Of a stretch of DNA of 64,000 nt, positions 28,278 through 38,853 are shown piece by piece. The number at the start of each line of letters is the position of its first letter. Position 1 is the first letter of the stretch. The DNA is taken from the NCBI GenBank assembly GCA_965649295.1, contig CBFGKH010000011.1, positions 10,748 to 74,747 on the forward strand, read 5' to 3'. This stretch comes from a candidate division WOR-3 bacterium. Its GTDB lineage: Bacteria > Hydrothermota > Tepidihabitantia > Tepidihabitantales > Tepidihabitantaceae. A program made the translations under genes and the position numbers. The notes beneath the pieces were generated by a model, which saw only the letters and a program-made list of their open reading frames with translations, made no database searches and was not told the DNA's origin.

Positions 28278-29450
28278 ATGTTGTTCACACTTCTGATTGT
28301 TCTGCTGTGCATCGGGTTCGGCGTAGCAGAATACAGCCTGCATCGGCGACGGCTGATGGCCATACCGGTGCGCATCCAGGTTAACGGTACTCGGGGAAAG
28401 TCTTCAGTAACGCGCTTGATAGCTGCCGGTTTGCGGGCAAGTGGCCGACGGGTCGTCGCCAAAGTGACGGGCACTAAGCCGCGGTTCATTATTAGCGATA
28501 CCGAAGAGCATCCGGTGCGGCGGCTGGGCAAGGCGAACATCAGCGAGGAGATGCGAATCGTGCGGCTGGCTTGGGAGCGACGAGCCGAGGCACTGGTGAT
28601 TGAGTGTATGGCCTTGGTGCCGCATTATCAGGAACTGGAACGGCGCATGCTCATCCGGCCAACCCACGGTGTCATCACTAATGTGCGGGCTGACCATCTC
28701 GATGTGATGGGGCCGACCGTGACTGATGTCGGCAAGGCGTTGGCTAACACGATCCCTGACAAAGGAATGTTTTTCACTGCCGAGCGCGGGCCGCTACAGG
28801 CTGTGTTGCGGGAGCGGGTGCCGGCCGGTACCAAGATGATTGTCAGTGACCCGGCCACGGTGAGCGATGAGGAGATGCAGGGCTTTTCCTACATTGAACA
28901 TAAGGAGAATGTTGCGTTAGCCCTGGCTGTTTGTGAGAGTTTCGGTATTGACCGGGCAACGGCTTTGGCTGGAATGAAGCGAACTCGACCCGACTCGGGA
29001 GTTATGCGCATCATCCGGGTAGAGGACCGCGGCAAGGTGATTGAGCTCGTGAATACTTTGGCAGCCAACGACCCGGATTCGATCCGGATGCTCTGGCAGA
29101 TGATGGTTAGTCGGGCGAGCGATCGGATAGTACTGGTGAACTGTCGGCGTGATCGCCTGGACCGGTCGCGGCAACTGGCCGAACTGGTTGCGGGCTGGGA
29201 CTGTCGGGTAATCGTGGCGACCGGCGGACTGCCGAGGGTGTTTATCCAGCGCGGTCGCGAGTTGGGCATTCCGGCAGCCAAGCTCGTTGACCTTGGTGAT
29301 GAGCGGCCGCCAGCCGAAGTTTATGAGCGGGTTCACGAACTAGCCGGCAATCAGACCATGGTCTTTGCTACTGGTAACACAGTTGGGTATGGTGACAGCC
29401 TGATCGCTTTTTTCGAACAGCGTTCGCAAACAGGGAGTACTAACCGGTGA
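28278..29450 (+). CDS. pgsB: Poly-gamma-glutamate synthase PgsB/CapB
   Basis: Start reassigned to MLFTLL (28278); N-terminal TM, VNGTRGKSSVTRLIAAGL, AKVTGT, ECMAL, TNVRADHLDVMGPT, AAND and NCRRDR.DRS. Confidence 0.93.
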   Translation: MLFTLLIVLLCIGFGVAEYSLHRRRLMAIPVRIQVNGTRGKSSVTRLIAAGLRASGRRVVAKVTGTKPRFIISDTEEHPVRRLGKANISEEMRIVRLAWERRAEALVIECMALVPHYQELERRMLIRPTHGVITNVRADHLDVMGPTVTDVGKALANTIPDKGMFFTAERGPLQAVLRERVPAGTKMIVSDPATVSDEEMQGFSYIEHKENVALALAVCESFGIDRATALAGMKRTRPDSGVMRIIRVEDRGKVIELVNTLAANDPDSIRMLWQMMVSRASDRIVLVNCRRDRLDRSRQLAELVAGWDCRVIVATGGLPRVFIQRGRELGIPAAKLVDLGDERPPAEVYERVHELAGNQTMVFATGNTVGYGDSLIAFFEQRSQTGSTNR

Positions 29451-29890
29451 TTGTTGAAGCGATTGGTCTAGGAATGGTTGCGTCTTTTGCTCTCACTGAG
29501 ACGGTCGGCCTGGCGGCTGGTGGTATCGTTGTGCCCGGGTACTTTGCCTTGACCCTGACCGAACCGGTGCGAGTGGTGGTGACTCTGCTGGTTGCGCTTG
29601 GAGTACTGGTTGTTCTGAAGATATTGGACCGTTATACTTTACTCTTTGGACGCCGTTTGCTGCTTATCAGCGTGCTCGTCGGTTACCTGCTTGGCTACGC
29701 TACTAAAACGGTCCAACCGGTGAGCTTCAACGGGGCTCATTTCGAGCTGAGTGTTATCGGTTATGCAATTCCTGGGCTGGTAGCCTACTGGATGCATCGG
29801 CAGGGAGTTATTGAGACCGTGGCGACGATGTTCATCGCTGCGGTGCTAACGCGGCTGGTGATAACCGTGATTTCGGGCGGAGCGTTCTGA
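29447..29890 (+). CDS. pgsC: Poly-gamma-glutamate biosynthesis membrane protein PgsC/CapC
   Basis: G..AGGIVVPGY.AL, LFGRR and IG.AIPGL.A.W..RQG; hydrophobic; GTGA overlap with pgsB. Confidence 0.93.
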   Translation: MIVEAIGLGMVASFALTETVGLAAGGIVVPGYFALTLTEPVRVVVTLLVALGVLVVLKILDRYTLLFGRRLLLISVLVGYLLGYATKTVQPVSFNGAHFELSVIGYAIPGLVAYWMHRQGVIETVATMFIAAVLTRLVITVISGGAF

Positions 29891-30984
29891 TGCGACGCCG
29901 GCAGGGACGGGTTAATCGCTGGGTGCTGGTAGGACTAGCCTTGATAGCACTCGCTTCTTTCTACGTTGTCACCCGAACCACGCGGACGATTCGCAGCCGA
30001 GGTTTTGAGGCCAAACAGACAGCGGCGCGACTGGCAGCTCAGGCGCTGAAGGCAGTCGGTCAGTATCGGCAGCAACTCGGTGTGCCGGTTGATAGCGTCA
30101 ACGATCCGAACGGGACCGGTCTCATTGGTCTGCAGTTCAGCCAGCTAACTTACGGGCGCAGCGACTTGAGTGCGGCTTTGACTACGACTAACCCGAACGT
30201 TGCCGCAGCCTTGGTGGAGATGCTGTTGCGGGCTGGGGCAAGGGCTGGGGACACGGTCGGCGTAAGCTGGGACGGAACCTATCCGGCGCTGAACATTGAG
30301 TTTTTGGCAGCCTGCCAAGCCCTGCGACTAGTGCCAGTGATTGTGACCGCGCAAAGCGCGGGGATGTGGGGAGCCAACTACCCCGGGCTTTCATGGCTTG
30401 ATATCGAGCGACTGCTGGTGCGTCAGGGTATTTGGAACTATCGTAGTCAACTGGCCACGCTTGGCGGTGAGGATGACAATGGTCGCGGACTTTCACCTGA
30501 AGGTAGAGACTTGCTGGCAATTGCCGCTGAGTCGGCAGGTGTGCGGTTGGTTGAACCGGAGTCGCTGGCCGATGGCGTGGCCTTGCGAACCGCTGTCTAT
30601 TGCCGACCGCGGGTTTTTGTTTCGCTCGGCCGGGCGGTTGTTGATATCGGCGATCCGCTGGCCAGGGTACCATCGGGACTGATCAGCGGTCGGCTGCGGC
30701 GCGACCGATATCAGGGCTTGATTGGCCGAATGCGGCAGCAGAACGTGCCGGTTATTCACATCGCCAACCCCAATCGGATTGCTCTTGACTACCGGCTGCC
30801 GATAGCGCCGGTGCCGTTGCCAGAGCCGGGGCGAGGCCGGTTGTTCTTTGAGCGTCGCTATTCAGTGCCACTGGCCGCGGCTTTTGCTCTGCTATTGGCG
30901 GTGTTGCTCTTTCTGGTTGTGCGCTACGACATTGAATCATATTTCGGCGTGAAGCGCGAGCCGACAGAGAAGGAGGCAGTTTGA
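29890..30984 (+). CDS. pgsW: Poly-gamma-glutamate system protein (PgsW-like)
   Basis: DPNGTGLIG..FS.LT, TTTNPN.AA, G.YPALN, MWGAN, LGG..D.G motifs; N- and C-terminal TM; TGATG coupling to pgsC. Confidence 0.8.
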   Translation: MRRRQGRVNRWVLVGLALIALASFYVVTRTTRTIRSRGFEAKQTAARLAAQALKAVGQYRQQLGVPVDSVNDPNGTGLIGLQFSQLTYGRSDLSAALTTTNPNVAAALVEMLLRAGARAGDTVGVSWDGTYPALNIEFLAACQALRLVPVIVTAQSAGMWGANYPGLSWLDIERLLVRQGIWNYRSQLATLGGEDDNGRGLSPEGRDLLAIAAESAGVRLVEPESLADGVALRTAVYCRPRVFVSLGRAVVDIGDPLARVPSGLISGRLRRDRYQGLIGRMRQQNVPVIHIANPNRIALDYRLPIAPVPLPEPGRGRLFFERRYSVPLAAAFALLLAVLLFLVVRYDIESYFGVKREPTEKEAV

Positions 30985-31913
30985 GAATAGTGCGAGGAGA
31001 GAGGTGTGGAGTGCAGTGTGGTCGTTGTCTCGCAATCATCGACGGCAAAAAGCTTTGGGGTAGCTGTCTAGTTGTCCTGGTGCTAATGGTGAGTGGTGCA
31101 ATAGCTCTGCCGGTGCAGGTGGCAGGTGATGCTAGGACTGTCAATATCAGCATCGTTCGGCGGGTCGAGGTGCCATACTACGTCATAACCAAGGCTCGGC
31201 CACTTGAGTTTGAAGCTACTGGACCAGCCTGGCTGCGAATCTACACTCGGGCGTGGTGGCCGCAGGGCAAGACCGGCGATATTCACATCAAGCTGGCGTT
31301 GTGGCAGGACGATGTTGAGCGACCGATCCAGTTTGATATGCCAGCCTCAAGTTCGAGCTTTGGCCCGGGTCGGCGGCCGCTCAGTGCCTGGCGTTCGTTC
31401 TTTATCCAAGTTCCGGCCGGCGCGAATCGGTATCGGTTGGCACTCGAAGAAGGGCCAACCGATACGGTTGGCGTGAGGATTGTCGAGCAGCAGCCCAGGG
31501 CCTGGGAAGAAGTGCCAATCAGCGATGGCCAGGCTTTGACCCTGATAGAAGGAGCTGATACGAGCCGTTTCTTTGCGATTGCCAAAGGCATACCGCAGCC
31601 AGTCGCGATTGACGGACCCTGCCGGGTACGAGTGCGGGTCCGACTTGGATTTGAGCCAAGCATGGACGGAGCGCAGAGCTTTGTGCTGACGGTGTCGCAG
31701 CGTGGACGTCAGTTGGCGCGACGCAGTTTCCGGACGACACGGTCATTGGCAGCGGCGTTTCGTGAGCGGCCAGGAGTTGTGCCAGCGGTGGAGCGTACCT
31801 TGCAGTTCAATCTGTCCGAGGGTAGGCAGCAGCTTGAGCTGCTGCTTTCCGGTACGCTCGCACGCACCGCCGGCGTCCGAGTTGAGCGGTTGACTGGTGA
31901 AAAGTATGAGTAG
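30981..31913 (+). CDS. Exported hypothetical protein with two similar beta-rich domains
   Basis: Hydrophobic signal-like segment; internal repeat PLEFEATGPAWLRIYTR / PQPVAIDGPCRVRVRVR; exact start uncertain. Confidence 0.6.
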   Translation: MRIVRGERCGVQCGRCLAIIDGKKLWGSCLVVLVLMVSGAIALPVQVAGDARTVNISIVRRVEVPYYVITKARPLEFEATGPAWLRIYTRAWWPQGKTGDIHIKLALWQDDVERPIQFDMPASSSSFGPGRRPLSAWRSFFIQVPAGANRYRLALEEGPTDTVGVRIVEQQPRAWEEVPISDGQALTLIEGADTSRFFAIAKGIPQPVAIDGPCRVRVRVRLGFEPSMDGAQSFVLTVSQRGRQLARRSFRTTRSLAAAFRERPGVVPAVERTLQFNLSEGRQQLELLLSGTLARTAGVRVERLTGEKYE

Positions 31914-31916
31914 CCG

Positions 31917-32957
31917 ATGAACTGGACCATAGCCACCAGCGATCGCGTCGGTAATGCTGTCGTTCTAACGTGGCTAGTAGTGGCTGTCCTCTTTTCGGCT
32001 ACGCCGGCAGTCGAGCTATCGTGGCAGGCGCAGCTCGGCGCAACCTACGATGACAACCTTTTCTGCTACTCAGCCACTGATATTGATCGGTTTGAGCGGC
32101 GGGTTGCGCCAGAGCAATTCCCGATTCAGACTATTGACGACGTTGACCTGAATACGGTCTTCGTACTCACGGCCCGCTACCGTCTTCAGTCGCGCGCCGG
32201 TTCGGTTCGGGTCAGAACCACCGTTCATCACTACGTGGCGAACACGCCGAAGAGTTATTCGCTCGGCGAGGTTGGTGTTAGGCAGGAGTTCTGGCGCGAC
32301 GGTGTGGTGAATCTGGAGTATCGCTATCTGCCCAACTACTTGCTGCGCTTCTATCGGCGACGGGACGGCATGGCGAGTGACTATGCAGCCTGCCGTTTTG
32401 CCGAGCACCTTGCTCGGATTCGTTTGCGGCAGCGGTTGGGTCGGTTTGCCGTTGTTCCGTCATACGGGTTCGAGATTGATGATTACGTGGCAGTTTTCGA
32501 TTACTACGATACGAGAGCACACCGACCGGCATTGGGTCTGGAGTGGGAGGTGTCCTGGGGAGTTGTCTTTTCGGCTGGTTATGAGCTGAAGTTGGCTCGG
32601 GCAGCAGGGCCGATTCCAGATATCTCCTATCGGCAGCACGAGGGTCGGCTAGAGCTTGAGTATCGGCCCTGGCAGCTCCGACGGTTGAGCGTGGCGACCG
32701 AGTTTACGCTGGCCAAGCGTCAATTCACGACGAAAGAGGTTGCGATAGACCCGGCGCACGCCGGTCGAACCGACCTGATTGGTGGCGTTGGCGTAGAAGT
32801 AAGGTATCGAATCGGACAGGCAGCAGTTGTTGCTGCTTATCAATATGAGAATCGCTCGACCGACTCACCTAACAAAGCAACGGTTGAAGAGATCAAGCAG
32901 TATGCGGCCAACCGTTTCAGTCTAGGCGTAGTGGTTGAGTCGCGAAAGGTGAACTAG
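31917..32957 (+). CDS. Predicted outer-membrane beta-barrel protein
   Basis: Signal peptide, N-terminal YDDNLF, many alternating hydrophobic/aromatic strands and a terminal NRFSLGVVV strand. Confidence 0.6.
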   Translation: MNWTIATSDRVGNAVVLTWLVVAVLFSATPAVELSWQAQLGATYDDNLFCYSATDIDRFERRVAPEQFPIQTIDDVDLNTVFVLTARYRLQSRAGSVRVRTTVHHYVANTPKSYSLGEVGVRQEFWRDGVVNLEYRYLPNYLLRFYRRRDGMASDYAACRFAEHLARIRLRQRLGRFAVVPSYGFEIDDYVAVFDYYDTRAHRPALGLEWEVSWGVVFSAGYELKLARAAGPIPDISYRQHEGRLELEYRPWQLRRLSVATEFTLAKRQFTTKEVAIDPAHAGRTDLIGGVGVEVRYRIGQAAVVAAYQYENRSTDSPNKATVEEIKQYAANRFSLGVVVESRKVN

Positions 32958-32960
32958 AAT

Positions 32961-34178
32961 ATGAGGCGTCGCTTGGTCTGGTTTGTGGTGCTCGCTGTGG
33001 TTTTGAGATGCCATCGGCCCTTGCCGTTGCCAGCGAATGTTGAACTGGTAGCGCCAGCAGATGGAGCGGTAGTGCGGCGGACAATGCTTCTGCTCCAGTG
33101 GCGGACAACAGAGCCGCAATCGCAGGTCCAGGTGAGTACGAGCAGCCGTTTCACGACCATGCTGTTCGATACTTTGGTCACTGACGAGTCGGTGCAGGTC
33201 AGACTTCCGACTGACGGCAGCTACTTCTGGCGGGTGCGGCCCGTGTCGGCTGACAGCGTTAGGGGGGAGTGGTCGGACGCGCGGAGCCTGCGGCTGGAGC
33301 GCTTTCGAATTCTTACTAGTGTACGAACTCAGGGTTATCCGCACGATGTGGCGGTTGTCGGCAATCGGGCGTATGTCGCCGACGGCGAGGCCGGGCTGGC
33401 AGTTTTTGATGTCAGCAACCCGGAGCTGCCAGTGTTGCTGGGAAGTAAGCTTGATTCGTTGAACGTGGCTTGGGGAGTGGCTGCCCGCGATAGTCTTGCC
33501 TATATTGCCTATGGCTACAAGGAGTTGATGATTGTCAATGCCGCTCGACCTGAGAGCATGGTGACGCTCGGAGTGCTCGAGTATCCGCAGCCCGGAACCG
33601 GCTATGACGTTGCCCTGGCTGATTCATTTGCTTTTGTCGCAGCCGGTGCCCAGTTCCTCAAGGTTGGCATCAGTGATCCGCGTTACCCCAATCTTGTGTA
33701 TCAAGGATACTACCCACGCGACTGCTACGGTGTGAGCATAGTTGGCCCAGTTGCTTGCGTTGCGCTTGGTCAGCTGGGAATGGCCTGCTGGCGTATTGAT
33801 ACTGTTCCACCGATGCAAGTTGGCTGGCTCGATACTCAGGGCAAGGCACGGGCGATCGCGGCAGCCGGCCGATTTGCCTTTGTCGCAGATGGGCTGAACG
33901 GCTTGGTAGTTGTTGATATCTCGAATCCGACGCAACCAAGCTTTGTTGCCAAGTTGGCGCTCAAAGGCTATGCCAATGGGGTAGCGGTTCAGGATACACT
34001 TGTCTATGTTACTTGTGGAGCCGGGGGCATTGCTGTGGTCAATATTGCTGACCGAGCAAGGCCGCAGCTCGTCACCCAGTTGCCAGGCGGCTACGCAATG
34101 GGCGTCTGTCCCGCTGGTCAGTACGTTTTTGCGGGCGACCGTGACTTTGGTCTGGTCGTTCTCAAGCAGGAGGAATAG
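32961..34178 (+). CDS. LVIVD-repeat beta-propeller protein with N-terminal FN3/Ig-like domain (probable lipoprotein)
   Basis: Basic/hydrophobic N-terminus ending in Cys; YFWRVR; repeats AYVADGEAGLAVFDVSNP and AFVADGLNGLVVVDISNP. Confidence 0.8.
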   Translation: MRRRLVWFVVLAVVLRCHRPLPLPANVELVAPADGAVVRRTMLLLQWRTTEPQSQVQVSTSSRFTTMLFDTLVTDESVQVRLPTDGSYFWRVRPVSADSVRGEWSDARSLRLERFRILTSVRTQGYPHDVAVVGNRAYVADGEAGLAVFDVSNPELPVLLGSKLDSLNVAWGVAARDSLAYIAYGYKELMIVNAARPESMVTLGVLEYPQPGTGYDVALADSFAFVAAGAQFLKVGISDPRYPNLVYQGYYPRDCYGVSIVGPVACVALGQLGMACWRIDTVPPMQVGWLDTQGKARAIAAAGRFAFVADGLNGLVVVDISNPTQPSFVAKLALKGYANGVAVQDTLVYVTCGAGGIAVVNIADRARPQLVTQLPGGYAMGVCPAGQYVFAGDRDFGLVVLKQEE

Positions 34179-37100
34179 TTGCGTTTTCTGCTCATTGTAC
34201 TTGCCGGATTTGCCGTAGCCCACGCTGGGGTTAGCATAGCCTCAGGCCCGCGTCAACTCGAGCTTACCTACGACTTCGCGGTTGAGGATGAGTCGGTGAC
34301 TGCATTGGCCCAGCTTGTGCCCGTTTGCCAAGGGCAGCTGCCTCTGGTGTTAGCGAGCGATGGTGCGCCTGAGTTCGGTTCGATCGTTAGAGCAGCTGGA
34401 CTGGAGCTTGTGCCGCTTGTCGTAAAGAGAGAACAGACGGACCGCAGCCAGATGGTTGTCAAGCTGAACTATCCGACCGGGCTAGAGCCGCCGGCACGGC
34501 TGAATGCTATGGGACGTTTCATGGCTAGACGCTGCGGTTTGCCGACGACTGGCCATGCCGATGCTGATGTTTATCTGATTGTTGTACCGGATGAGTTCTA
34601 TAGTAATGTTCTGCCACTGGCAGCCTGGAAAGAGCGGATGGGATATCGGGTGCTGGTACGACGGACCTCGCAGATTGGCGGCACGCGTGATCAGATTCGT
34701 GCTTACATCCAGCGACTCTATCAGCAGCCTGATTCGATGCCCAGCTTCGTCTTGTTGGTGGGTGCGGTCAACAAGATACCGGCCTTTGTCAATGTCGGGA
34801 CACCCTGTGTTACTGACCATCCGTATGCCTGCGTTGACGGCAACGACTTTCTGGCTGACCTTTTTGTTGGTCGGTTTCCGGCAGCCAATGCTTCGGAGCT
34901 GGATGTGATGGTTGCGAAGACGGTTGGGTACGAGTCATCGCCGCTGCTGACCGATACTTCGTGGTATCGGCGGGCATTGATGGTCGGGACATCCTATCAG
35001 GAAGGCGGCACACCGGCGGTGACTGCACTGGTGACCAAACGGCTGATTCGCGAGCGCATGCTCGGCCACGGATTTGTCCAGATAGACACGGTTTTCTATC
35101 CGCCAACAGCTGGCGGCCGGGGAACAGTTGACACAGCCGTGAACCGTGGCGTGCTTTTTGTTAACGGTCGGGGCTGGGGTAACTACGAGGGCTGGCGTTA
35201 TCCTTCGTTTCTCATTAGCGATGTTGCCGCGTTGCGCAATGGTTGGAAGTTGCCGGTGGTTACGAGCATCTACTGTGGTACGGGCAACTATCAGGCCAAC
35301 CCGTGTTTCGGCGAGATGTGGTTGCGAGCCGGGGTGCCGACTGATCCGCGAGGCGGAGTCGCTTTTTGGGGCAGTTCATACACCGGGACATCCACCCGTT
35401 GGAACAACAGTATGGACTACGGGATCTACGAGGAAATCTTCAACCGGGGCGAGCACGGGTGTGGGGCAGCAATGTACGCTGGCAAGCTGACACAGTATGA
35501 GAATTTCCCACTGCCTGAGGACTCAGTTGAGCTGCGCAATTACTTCCATGTCTATAATCTGCTCGGTGACCCGGCGTTGCGGATGTGGACCGGCGTACCG
35601 CGGCCCCTTGCGGTCAGTTACAATTCGTGGGTGCACGAGGGGTCAAGCTTGTTTGAGGTGACGGTGCGTGACAATCATGGTCAGCCGGTGCCGAACGCCC
35701 TTGTCTGTCTTTCGCGTACCCCAGAGGTCCACGCGGTCACTGTTACAGACAACTGGGGTACAGCTCGGTTTCGCCTGGCGCCGACGGGGCCGGGCGCAAT
35801 CCTTGTTACTGTGACTGGCGACAACTTGGCAACTCACCTCGGGCAGATTGTTGTGGGACAGTCTGAGATATTCGTTGGCTACAATACGCACCAGCCGACA
35901 GCAGTTGGGCCTGGCCAGAATGTTGTTCTTGATGTGACCGTCCGTAATTTCGGTGTGAGCCAGACTGCGACCGGTGTTTCGGCAGTGTTACGCTCTGCAA
36001 GCAGTGCGGCGATTGTGACTGACTCGGTATGTGCACTTGGCGACATCGGACCAGGAGCCGTCAGTACGGCAAGCTTTGGGGTTCGGACAGTACCGTCATG
36101 TGTTGGCGGACAGCGCCTGCCGATGGTGTTGGTGACAAGGTCTGCTCAGGGAGAGTGGTATTCAGGATTTGACCTGGTGGTTGACGGGCCGATGCTCGAG
36201 TACCGACGCTATGCGGTGCACGACGCGAATGGCTGGCTTGACCCGGGTGAGGCAGCTGAACTGTCGGTTGTGGTACGTAATCACGGCAGCGCTGCTGCTG
36301 GGCTTGTTGCAGTCCTGAGATCGCTCAATCCTCAGGCAGTCACAGTGCTTGACTCATTCGGCACTTTCGGTGACCTGGCCCCAGGCGAATCGGCGTCGAA
36401 CGGGACCGATCGATTTCGTGTCCAAGCGGCTGCTGGGATTGGTGTTGGTCGGCAGTTTTCATTACGGCTCGTGCTGCGATGCACGGGCGGGTTCGAGCAG
36501 TACTGGGACTTCGTTCTGACCGTGGGGCAGCCAGTGACGAGTGCACCGCTTGGGCCGGATCGGCATGGCTACTATGCCTACGACGACACCGACGTAGGTT
36601 ATCCGGAACGGCCGAGTTACGACTGGGTTGAGATTGACCCGAACTTCGGTGGCAGTGGCAGCAGACTGAGCGTTGGCAACGATACCTGTGTTCCGGTCAG
36701 CTTGCCATTTGTGTTTCGTTTCTATGGCCGCGATTACAGCGTCGTATCAGTGAGCGATAATGGGTTCATCGCGCCTGGCACGCAGTGGATAGGCGATATT
36801 TACAACTGGCGCATTCCATCGCCTTCTGGCACAGATGGTGTGATTGCGCCGTTCTGGGATGATTTCCGAACGGACACGCTAGGTGCGTCCGGTGTCTACA
36901 CCTGGCACGATGTCGCGAATCATCGGTTCATCATCGAATGGAGCCGGTGCGTTCACGTGCATGGTTACCGACCGCCCTATCTGGGTGAACAGCAGACATT
37001 CCAACTGCACCTCTGTGACCCAGCGTTCCACGCGACACCGACTGGTGACGGTCCGATTCTTTTTCAATACCATACGGTGTTCAATGACGACACTCTGTTC

Positions 37101-37550
37101 GAGAACAATCACAACTTCGCGACGGTCGGCATCGAGTCGCCGGACAATGCTTTTGGCCTAGAGTACACCTATGCCAATTCCTACCCGGCTGCGGCAGCGC
37201 CGGTTGTCGCGGGACGGGCGATTCGTCTCACAACAGTGGCACCGGACACATTTGTGGCGATTCATGAGACCAATCCAGTCCGACGAAGTGAGGCATTGCA
37301 AGTTCGGCCGCAACCAGCACGCAAGCGAGTGAAGATTGTGCTGCCTTATGTTCATGGGGAGATACTGGCGGTGTTTGATATTGGCGGCCGGCTAGTACGG
37401 CGAATTCGATTGGAGAGGGACGCCGGTGTTGCCGAGTGGGACTTGCGTGATAACGTCGGGCAGCGAGTTCCGGCCGGTATCTACAATGTGGCTTTGACTT
37501 CTGTTGCTGGGCGGGGTACGATTTCTTGTCTCATTCGAGTACTTGACTAG
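34179..37550 (+). CDS. C25 (gingipain-family) protein with C-terminal FlgD/T9SS-like domain; catalytic His position is Trp
   Basis: YLIVVP, LAAWKERMG, FVLLVG, DHPY, DLFVGRF, NGRGWG, SIYC, YNLLGDP; GPD.HGYYAYD; CTD DIGGRLV...WDLRD..G..VPAGIY. Confidence 0.85.
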   Translation: MRFLLIVLAGFAVAHAGVSIASGPRQLELTYDFAVEDESVTALAQLVPVCQGQLPLVLASDGAPEFGSIVRAAGLELVPLVVKREQTDRSQMVVKLNYPTGLEPPARLNAMGRFMARRCGLPTTGHADADVYLIVVPDEFYSNVLPLAAWKERMGYRVLVRRTSQIGGTRDQIRAYIQRLYQQPDSMPSFVLLVGAVNKIPAFVNVGTPCVTDHPYACVDGNDFLADLFVGRFPAANASELDVMVAKTVGYESSPLLTDTSWYRRALMVGTSYQEGGTPAVTALVTKRLIRERMLGHGFVQIDTVFYPPTAGGRGTVDTAVNRGVLFVNGRGWGNYEGWRYPSFLISDVAALRNGWKLPVVTSIYCGTGNYQANPCFGEMWLRAGVPTDPRGGVAFWGSSYTGTSTRWNNSMDYGIYEEIFNRGEHGCGAAMYAGKLTQYENFPLPEDSVELRNYFHVYNLLGDPALRMWTGVPRPLAVSYNSWVHEGSSLFEVTVRDNHGQPVPNALVCLSRTPEVHAVTVTDNWGTARFRLAPTGPGAILVTVTGDNLATHLGQIVVGQSEIFVGYNTHQPTAVGPGQNVVLDVTVRNFGVSQTATGVSAVLRSASSAAIVTDSVCALGDIGPGAVSTASFGVRTVPSCVGGQRLPMVLVTRSAQGEWYSGFDLVVDGPMLEYRRYAVHDANGWLDPGEAAELSVVVRNHGSAAAGLVAVLRSLNPQAVTVLDSFGTFGDLAPGESASNGTDRFRVQAAAGIGVGRQFSLRLVLRCTGGFEQYWDFVLTVGQPVTSAPLGPDRHGYYAYDDTDVGYPERPSYDWVEIDPNFGGSGSRLSVGNDTCVPVSLPFVFRFYGRDYSVVSVSDNGFIAPGTQWIGDIYNWRIPSPSGTDGVIAPFWDDFRTDTLGASGVYTWHDVANHRFIIEWSRCVHVHGYRPPYLGEQQTFQLHLCDPAFHATPTGDGPILFQYHTVFNDDTLFENNHNFATVGIESPDNAFGLEYTYANSYPAAAAPVVAGRAIRLTTVAPDTFVAIHETNPVRRSEALQVRPQPARKRVKIVLPYVHGEILAVFDIGGRLVRRIRLERDAGVAEWDLRDNVGQRVPAGIYNVALTSVAGRGTISCLIRVLD

Positions 37551-37565
37551 CTGTAAGGAGAAAGC

Positions 37566-38843
37566 GTGAGCAGACGATGTTTGGTCTTGTTAGTTGCGCT
37601 GGTTTGTTCTGGAAGCGCTACAGCGTTGATCTATCATGGCGTGGCGTTGGCACCGGACGGTCAGAACGGTTGGGTGGTGACAATTGAGACGACGGCAGTA
37701 TATCACACGACAGACGGCGGTGCCAGTTGGGAGCCACAGAACGTACCGACCGTGAGAGATTTCTTTGATGTGTTCTTTCTTGACGGGCTTTCCGGTTGGA
37801 CTTGCGGCCGAATCGGTGACATCTGGCATACGACAAACGGTGGCAATGACTGGTATCGGCAGAATCTTGGTGGTCCCAAGTTTGCAACGCGAATGCAGTT
37901 CATTGATGAGAACTTCGGTTGGGCTGCTGGCGGTGAGGCAATCCTGATGCATTCGACTAACGGTGGCTCAGAGTGGCAGCTTGAGTTTTTCCCCAACCCA
38001 CCCTACCCGTCGTCAATTGTTGACTTTCAGGGCCTGTCGCTGCTCGGACCTAACAACGGTTGGCTGGTTGCCGGCCGCTATCCGGAAGGCGACTCTTTCT
38101 GGGGCGGTCAAGGTTACATTGTCCACGTGCGAGCCGATGCTGATTCTTTCATCAAGAACTTAGTCAGGCTCGACACGATATACGATTTCTTCGGCGTTGA
38201 CTTCGTGAATGAACAGACCGGTTGGGTTGTGGGTGGTTATGACCGCAACATGCGAGCAGTGGTTCTCCACACGACCGATGGCGGTGCGAACTGGACAGAG
38301 CAGTCGTTGCCGGCCTCAGCCAAGTATCTGCGGGCGGTTGACTTCGTTGACGCCGAGAACGGGTGGGCTTGTGGCCGCCATGGAACGATTATCCGTACAA
38401 GTGACGGCGGGGCAACCTGGGTGGCCCAGTATTGTCCGGCAGACACAACTCTTTTTGATATCCAATTTGTTGACGCGACGCGAGGTCTGTGTGCGGGGAA
38501 CTCGCTTGTGCTGTACACAACTGATGGCGGCGAGCATTGGATTAGGAGTATGGGCGGTGTAGCAGAGCAGGTTGGACCATCCTTGCCGAGCGAAGGTCCG
38601 TTGATTGCCGTTACTCGTTCGCCGGCGCGGGGCAGAGTTGAGTTGCGTTTTGCCGGCGCGGGGCAGATTGCGATTCACAATCCGGCCGGCAGACTCGTTC
38701 GGAAGATCAGCGGCGATAACTGTGTGGTCTGGGATGGGCGTGATGATTACGGTAGGCCGGTAGAGAATGGTCTGTATGTAGCGCGGCTGACGACCACCGC
38801 TGTCGCGGCCGCGACAACTAGGTTTGTTTACCTGAAAGAGTAG
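37566..38843 (+). CDS. YCF48/BNR-repeat beta-propeller protein with FlgD/T9SS-like C-terminal domain
   Basis: Signal peptide; multiple HTTDGG.(S/N/T)W repeats; CTD GRLVR...WDGRD..G..V.NGLY. Confidence 0.85.
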   Translation: MSRRCLVLLVALVCSGSATALIYHGVALAPDGQNGWVVTIETTAVYHTTDGGASWEPQNVPTVRDFFDVFFLDGLSGWTCGRIGDIWHTTNGGNDWYRQNLGGPKFATRMQFIDENFGWAAGGEAILMHSTNGGSEWQLEFFPNPPYPSSIVDFQGLSLLGPNNGWLVAGRYPEGDSFWGGQGYIVHVRADADSFIKNLVRLDTIYDFFGVDFVNEQTGWVVGGYDRNMRAVVLHTTDGGANWTEQSLPASAKYLRAVDFVDAENGWACGRHGTIIRTSDGGATWVAQYCPADTTLFDIQFVDATRGLCAGNSLVLYTTDGGEHWIRSMGGVAEQVGPSLPSEGPLIAVTRSPARGRVELRFAGAGQIAIHNPAGRLVRKISGDNCVVWDGRDDYGRPVENGLYVARLTTTAVAAATTRFVYLKE

Positions 38844-38853
38844 GGACGCACAA

